A stretch of DNA of 64,000 nt from Chrysomallon squamiferum (Eukaryota > Animalia > Mollusca): the NCBI GenBank assembly GCA_012295275.1, contig CM022672.1, positions 8,990,001 to 9,054,000 on the forward strand. Reading direction: 5' to 3'. Below the pieces are notes generated by a model that saw only the letters and a list, made by a program, of their open reading frames with translations, ran no database searches and was not told the origin of the DNA. Of this stretch, positions 57,490 to 64,000 are shown piece by piece (within the stretch, counting starts at the first letter, position 1; the number at the start of each line of letters is the position of its first letter). Both the position numbers and the translations under genes were made by a program.

Positions 57490-58513
57490 AATTCCGAACC
57501 ATAAGAATAAGTTTTAAGAAATATATAAATTATCCACTTGTTTTCTTGAAATTAAAACCATCCACAAAAAATATACGTACTCAGTATTAGTGTTTAGAAA
57601 ATTTTCTGAAAGTATCGTAAGAAAACCGATTTAAGAAATGTGTTAATATCCTATATTTATTTTTTTTCGTTTGAAATTAAGAGCACTTACAAATAAATGA
57701 AATATGTGTGGTTAGTGTATGATTTAGTGGTTTTTTACAAATGTCACTTTTTTATCATTTCTCTTCGCTTTCAGCTTTGCTGGCAGTAGTAATTTCTCTA
57801 AATTAATTTTTATTGATTGATAATGAATTTATCCGAACATTCGTCAACCATAGCAGCAATAAATATCATTTAAAAACTGAAATGAAACAAAACAGTAAAA
57901 TGTAAAAATAAGAATATCTTGGTATTTGAGTTTTATTGAAGAATCACTTTATATTACACTTATATTTGTGTATTTCTGAAAAGTCTACAGGTCAGTAATA
58001 AATGCATGTTAAATCTTGATCTGTTTAAAATTATATAAATGCTTAATTCTATATGCGAGCAGTAATAGTTCTAAATCTAATTTCCATTTTAATCATACAG
58101 AAAATATTTATATATTTATATATTCCGAACGATCAAAATGGGAATTATATATAAATTTCAGATCACATTACATATTTCAAAATTTGTGAAAAATGATGTA
58201 GTATCTAACACAAATCATGATTATAAGTCTTCATTCAATTCAAATTCAAATATTAAAAAAAAAAAAAAGGTCCTGTTGTTGTAATATCAGTGGTAGTATG
58301 AGTAATGAAACAGTAGTAATACTGATATTATTAATAATGATAAACGATAAACGTAGTATTTGTAGATGTAGTGTAGTTATAGTAATAGTATTAATACTAT
58401 TAGTAAAAATTGTAACAGCAGCAGCATCATCATTAGTTATTGTTGAAAAAATAACAATAGCAATAATAATAATAATAATATAATAAAGATAAACTAATAA
58501 TAATAATAATAGC

Positions 58514-58559
<46 letters not shown>

Positions 58560-59186
58560 TTTAATAATAATAATAAAGATAAAATAATAATAATAAAAAT
58601 AATAGTTATCTTACCGTATGATTATCTCGTTCTTTAATTCGTGATCATCTTTCTCGTTTCATTTATTCTGTTAAAATGCGGCGCCTTGCACAGACATCTG
58701 CATTTATCAGTCGGAGAAATCATCACACAGAAACTTAACGAGTGTTCAAAACGACTTCCTAAGTAAATTCCCCACAGACGCGAAATTACTTTTTCTTTTA
58801 TTTTATACTAACAAGTCAAACAACACTAGAAGCATAGACTAGCGTGCTGATTAATTAAATCTGGTCTTTCGTTTATCTGAAATTTTTGTTTAATTAAAGA
58901 AACATTTGAAAGACTGTCAATTAAGACAAAAGTAATTGAATATTAAGCATTTGTTTCATGTTTTTGTTTTTAAATTGTTTTAAGTTTCTTCTTTTTCTTG
59001 TGATTCTAGATTTAACGTCTTGGGAGAACTTGAATATTGATTTATTAAAGAGTTCAGACTTTCATAATTTATTAATATTAATATTAACTATGTCAGACGT
59101 AATATTATTATCCAGAGTCAATTTCCTACCAAACAAAAGCATAATATATTCTTCTCTCATTGGATAATAAATTTTACGTGTAAAAA

Positions 59187-59245
59187 CAATGAAATACACT
59201 GCCATGAATGACACGGAATATGTAAATACAGATTCTGTTAAAGTT
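59187..59245 (-). pseudogene. Relic fragment of a third GPCR copy
   Basis: 57/59 nt identical to 57384-57442 (N-terminus/TM1 of the GPCR), same orientation, with weaker patchy similarity back to about 59080. Confidence 0.7.
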
Positions 59246-62200
59246 TCATTGCCCGGAGATAAGAGTTAAAAAAAACAACCCCAAAAACAACGTATGATAT
59301 TATGCATAATTTTGTGCAAAAAAATAAAGATTTGTGAATGTGTAATAATGCGAAAAGTGTAAAATAGGACTATTTCTATTGCTCGAAAAAGATTTAAGAT
59401 TTCGGAATTTCGTATAAGGAATTCTCAACCTCTAGAATTATTCCAGGAAAAGGATTATTATATTAATTTAACTTTAATCTTAATCATAGAAGAAAAAAAA
59501 ATGAAGAAAAGATTAGCAAGTAGTTATCACATAATCGGACTTTTTCTGTATATATTTATTACTTTGAAAGAATGAAAATAAAATATATTCTATACAAGTT
59601 TAATCAGTTGGAATATATATTGCGGCCGAACCTACAAGTTCAGCGTCTAAAATTGTTTTAAAATAATGTACGTTTACATTTGCAAATTTGGATGTCGTTT
59701 ACTTATTTACCGGTTATATTTTTAATTCCCCCAATCATATCAATGTTTACAAAAAAACAAAAAAACAACAACCCAAAACCCCAACAACAACATTATAATA
59801 TTGGTATCGTAAAGTATTTTTGAAAATAATAAAACTGACTATTAATGAATATTAAATGCATACCCGGAACGGACTACACAATAACAGTTATTAGTTGTAA
59901 TACTGCAGAACTTTCAGATATTGCACCATATCCATGACAACAGAAGTTTACATGATTATATATAATAAAGCTGATAATCATAACGAAAATAAGAAGGTTG
60001 ACGTTAATAAGCTAGCATTTAGCACTCTTGACATGTATGACCACTTCTTTTTATTGAACCAGAAACAATAGCAAAATCAATTAAACGTATTTTTGGAAAG
60101 ATGAAATATTGTTGAAGAAATATAACGTTTACACAGTTACTTACTTTGCGAAACTGAAGATGTTAAGGACTTCTTGGGTCATGTCGCCATTCATCTTCTA
60201 AAACCTCTTTTGTGCATCGTTTCTCTGCCACTGTAACCAGCAGCGCGGTCCGCTGTTTCTTCCGTTTTGACAAAGTTGATGATGTTTTCATCGCTTTAAT
60301 AACATTCACCTATAATCAAACTGCTTAGAATATTCGAATACAGAAGTTTAATTCTTACATTTCTCCAAGGGGACACGATATATTCTCGTACGCAGCTCTA
60401 TTTCGCTGAATGAAAATTACCAAGACGTACGTAATAATAGTATTGGCTTTTTTTTTTTTTTTTTTTTTTTTTTTTGTCGTTAGTAAAAGCAAACAAACGA
60501 TTATCTGCTGCTAAATAGATTTAAAAAAAAAAGTATCAGCAGAAATACCTACATAAACTTAACATTAATTAATTTGTTTTTTAATGCATTCGTTTCTACA
60601 TGTTTAACTTCAGTTATTGATTTTTTCACTCTTTCATTTAAAATTCATTCATTCATTCATTCACTCATTCATTCACATACTCATTCATTCATTCACTCAT
60701 TTATTCATTAGTGTATTCTTTCATTCATTCACTCATTTAGTTTCTTAGGGTAAACATTATAAGTCACGACAAGATGATGCAATATGAAATAACTGTATTA
60801 TCCAAGGGTTATTCTCCTGTGTTCCCGTCTTTACGAGAGTGGAATATCTAATTGTATGGGCTTTGCCGAAAAGAATATCCATTGCAGGTTCCTTATTTAA
60901 TGAAAAATCTACTTAACAAACGCCTGTAAGGCACACGTGATCATAGGTTAAAATTAGTTGTTTATTAAATTTCCTTCTTGGCCACGAATATCTTGCTCAT
61001 ATTGATTTTAGGTAATCACAGACATAAATATGTTAGCAAAAAGGCACACCCACACCCACTCATATACAGATATACACAAAGATGCGCGCAAGTACACTCA
61101 CACATATGCATGCACAAGCAAACAAACACAAACACAGTCTCATACACTAAATAATATTAACTGACCATTACCGCAACCTAAGATTTTATTTTGTTTTTCT
61201 TGCTGACCCTAACTGTTGTGTCTTGATAGAGACAACAGCAGTACTATCATTACTCTAAAAATCAGTATTGTTTAAGAAATGACGACAGTGAAGTAAATTA
61301 ATGTACAACTGTATTTGTTTACAATGTTTACTGTTTATAAATGACTGAATTACCGAACGAACGAAAACTGAATGGATATTTGTAAACAGTATCTCAAGAT
61401 TAATTAAAGCCATACAATAACAGGAGACAGACATATTATATTGTTATCATTATCTTTTTGCATAATGTTATATTTGTATCATTAATTTTTGCATACCGAA
61501 GACATGACGAGATTTAGGATTGTTATATAACAACAAAAGACAGGCATATTATATTTTTACCATTACCTTTATAATACTGAAAACATGTAGAAATTTATGA
61601 ATGCTATATAATAATAGGAGAAGCATATTTTATTGTTATATTTATCTCTTTTTTTATGGATTTATATTTTTATCATTATCTTGTTTATGCCGAAGAAAAG
61701 AAGATATTCATGGATGCTATAATTATAACAATAGGATATAGGTGTGCTATATTTTTTAACTATCTTTTTCTCCATCGAAGACAGAAAAAGATTTACGAAT
61801 GCTGTGCAATAACATTATACAAAAAGTGTTTTATATTTTTATCTTTATCTTTCTGTATACTAATACATGAAGAAAATAAACTCGCATTAATCACTCCAGT
61901 GGTTGGTATTGTAATTTAACTGAAAGAGATTTATTTTATTATATTTTATGCAGCGTCTAAATAGAGAAACACTTAAAACAGCCGTTTAAAGACTAATCTC
62001 GGAAGACTGTTTGGAATGGGTAAAAATAAAAATATTTAGCGTATTTATTACTCTTCTATTTATTTCCTTTGCATTTATTTATATTTATTTAGTGAGTGTT
62101 TCCTTCTGGCAAGTATAAATAAAAAAACTTTTAAAGAAAATATTTGATTATATAAATGAAACAGATAAATAAATAAATGAATAAATACATATTTTTTAAA

Positions 62201-63171
62201 TTAATTATTTTATTTATTGATTTATATATTTAGTTATTTATACATTTATTTATGATTCAAATTAATTAAGTTAATTAATTATTTCTTTAAAACAGTTTTT
62301 TTTTTATACGTTCGATAAGTAAACACACATCAGCACATATCATCCATACAACATTTAATTCTAAGTGTTATTATAGCCTGTAGAAATAAATAGCCATCCT
62401 GTCTTTGTACGTACAGAAAATTAGTTCTACCATTTTGCGTTTGATTCATGTCAAGAAAACATACTAATACACAATGAAAAAATAATAGTTATAGCGTAAG
62501 TATATAATTCTTTAGTCTTCTTTATAAAATATCTAAATTATGAATGTATAACTGTCTTAATGTTTTGCAATATATGCGATTTACTCTGTATTTATGTGTG
62601 AACATATGTATGTGTCTATCTGTATATATGTATCTAGTTATGTATGTAGGTGTGTATGTAGGAACATATTTATGCATGTATATGTGTATAATATACTGAT
62701 ATATGCATATACTGTACTTATATATTTGTACATTTGTATACTGATAATGTTTGCTTTTCAAGACAATCATTCATATCTTAACTAACAGTGTAATTTTTAA
62801 ATATGAAAATATTTCAGTTATCATTTACTTTTTTGTCCAGTATATCAGACAAAATGAAATGTAATATCATTTTCTTTTCTTTCGTTATTTCATATATTTC
62901 TGAATTAAAATCAAAACATTCAGCACAGCAACCAGCTGTGTCTGACATTTCTTCAATTAGATTTCAAATCAAATTCACAGAATTAGAAACACTTGTCACT
63001 GGCGTGTTGTCTAATGAACTGAGAACCACTGTCTCATTTATCTGCAGGTAAATATATTTACGTGAAGATCTTAATTCCAAGCTGTGTTTCACAACGTAAC
63101 CAGAGACTGAGATTTACTTACAGGTGGATTCTTTTTCTTCTTTCTCCCTAACGAGAATATTTGTGTAAGTG

Positions 63172-64000
63172 ATGGATACCAGTACTAACGGAACTAGTTC
63201 AAATTCGTCATCTTGGATTAGCAACCTGTTTCGTCCATCGTTGTCGTTATCAGTGCCTCTCACAGCTCTGTGTCTAGGAGCACTTGTAGAAAATGTTGTT
63301 ACTTGTATATTCATTGTAAAGAAGAAAGTTATGAACAAGTATTCAGTCTACGTGGCAGTGATATCGCTGTCTATAAGCGATAGTCTACTCTGTTTCAATG
63401 GTCTCATAAATATTATAATAGTTTACTACATAACCTTAAAGTCTCCAGAGAATATAAGTCCAATCGTGTGCACCATCGTTCTTTTTATAAACTTGTATGC
63501 AATTTTAATCACTACTAGTCAACTGTTGTTGATAAGCTGTATGCGAGCTATTTCAATTTACAGCATTAAGAACAATTCTAGTCTCTCAAGACTGTTTACA
63601 AAAAGAAACACTTTCATCTGTGTTCTCGTAATGTGGACATTTCTAACTTCTGGCAGTGTCATTACTATGGTAATTGACAGAACTATCTACGATGCAAATC
63701 CTCAGAACTGTCCTTTTAGATCTATAATCGCTTTACTGGGAACTACAGCACGTTATTTTCTAATAGCTGCAGCATTTAACTATTCGTTTTGCTTGCTGTT
63801 TTACTTATTATCAATTTACAAACTGATCTTTGTTAGTCTTGAAAGAAAAAAGTTGATGTGGTTGTTGTCTCAAATACAGTTAGAGATAGAAATTTTGGAG
63901 AAGCATCAAGAAGTCATACAACAGATACATTGACAAGCATCTGTCATATTGAGCAGGTTCAGGAAAATCTTCACTACCACGACAGCCACACTGAAATGAC
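63172..64000 (+). CDS. Class A orphan GPCR, paralog of 56311-57489; frameshift at about 63846-63851; 3' partial
   Basis: TM1-TM5 align closely with the paralog (ALVENVVTCIFIVKKKVMNK vs ALVENISTCVFIIRKNVMNK; LLLISCMR vs LLLISAMR; CPFRSII vs CRFRSIV). Homology continues in another frame after the A6 run. The ATG is at 63172. Confidence 0.85.

Overview
AT-rich, microsatellite-dense animal genomic DNA. The repeat landscape resembles molluscs, possibly a coleoid cephalopod, but that is inference. All gene models were built by hand from GT-AG splice sites and exon-phase continuity. (1) Minus strand 29822->423, running off the left edge: a 25-exon secreted laminin-alpha-like gene (signal peptide, basic N-terminus, long coiled coil, at least 3 LamG domains). 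It apparently lacks the LN and EGF short arm and has an acidic Ser-Gly insert in the coiled coil. (2) Minus strand 40282->34162: an 11-exon Polycomb RING finger gene most like PCGF6, head-to-head (340 bp between ATGs) with (3) a 10-exon NOP56 gene on the plus strand, 40623-47263. (4) A decayed Tc1/mariner 3' end followed by a fold-back minisatellite at about 49.8-51.1 kb. (5) Two divergent paralogous class A orphan GPCR genes with intronless CDS (the second frameshifted and cut by the window edge), plus a relic of a third copy between them. Most short ORFs in the track are microsatellite artefacts.
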